From positions 190,526,001 to 190,590,000 of the forward strand of contig NC_042998.1 of NCBI RefSeq assembly GCF_006345805.1: a stretch of 64,000 nt of DNA, written 5' to 3'. This DNA comes from Octopus sinensis. Lineage: Eukaryota. Each line of letters begins with the position of its first letter. The first letter of the stretch is position 1. Made by a program: the position numbers and the translations under genes. The notes beneath the pieces are model-generated. The model saw only the letters and a list, made by a program, of their open reading frames with translations. It ran no database searches and was not told where the DNA came from. Shown here piece by piece: positions 63,350-64,000 of this stretch.

Positions 63350-63740
63350 GGAGGCGCAATGGCTCAGTGGTTAGGGCAGCGGACTCGCGGTCATAGGATC
63401 GCGGTTTCGATTCCCAGACCGGGCGTTCTGAGTGTTTATTGAGCGAAAACACCTAAAGCTCCACGAGGCTCCGGCAGGGGATGGTGGTGATCCCTGCTGT
63501 ACTCTTTCACCACAACTTTCTCTCACTCTTACTTCCTGTTTCTATTGTACCTGTATTTCAAAGGGCCGGCCTTGTCACTCTCTGTGTCACGCTGAATATC
63601 CCCGAGAACTACGTTAAGGGTACACGTGTCTGTGGAGTGCTCAGCCACTTACACGTTAATTTCACGAGCAGGCTGTTCCGTTGATTCGGATCAACCGGAA
63701 CCCTCGTCGTCGTAACCGACGGAGTGCTTCCATCCCATCC
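63350..63740 (+). mobile_element. SINE, head A + tail X, 12-bp TSD
   Basis: ATTTGCATTTCT at 63338-63349 and 63741-63752. Another tail X copy starts on the minus strand at ~63965. Confidence 0.9.
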
Positions 63741-64000
63741 ATTTGCATTTCTAGCTTTCCTCAGTTAGTCAGAGTTTCGAATCTTAGTATGAGAACGCAT
63801 AAAGTATGGTAAAGTTATTTAGAATGGTACCCAATGGAAATCATTAAGATCAGTGTTTAAAAGAACATGTAGATAGTCTGAGAATGGCATTATGAGTGCG
63901 GTAAAAGACAGTTATTCTGAATGTAGAGAGTGGAGATGAGACAAATGTTCATAATGTAGTAAGTATGGATGGAAACACTCCGTCGGTTACGACGACGAGG

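Overview
A 64-kb AT-rich, repeat-dominated animal genomic window, very probably from an octopus; this is inferred from recalled tRNA-derived SINE families and extreme microsatellite density, not from a database search. No host protein-coding gene can be identified with confidence. Most entries in the ORF track are translated microsatellites; a few splice-site-bounded open segments are listed as weak exon candidates. The window contains tRNA-derived SINEs of several families, fragments of Tx1/L1, R4/Dong-like, RTE and CR1-group LINEs, a full-length but decayed maT-like (DD37D) and a Tc1-like transposon, MITEs and non-autonomous Helitrons. Three observations stand out. (1) Six short elements beside (TA)n tracts carry type I hammerhead ribozyme folds with canonical (CUGAUGA, CUGACGA) and variant (CCGACGA, CUGUGGA) cores, and several show partial-tandem or inverted architecture like Penelope pLTRs or retrozymes. 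(2) One SINE forms in-register head+body(n) multimers that appear to move as a unit; its target starts with GGTAT, a motif also found in its own head. (3) Different LINE clades occupy different microsatellites: R4 in (TAA)n, Tx1 in (TCTA)n, RTE in (TATG)n. Ribozyme activity, family names and novelty are unverified; coordinates of degenerate elements are approximate.
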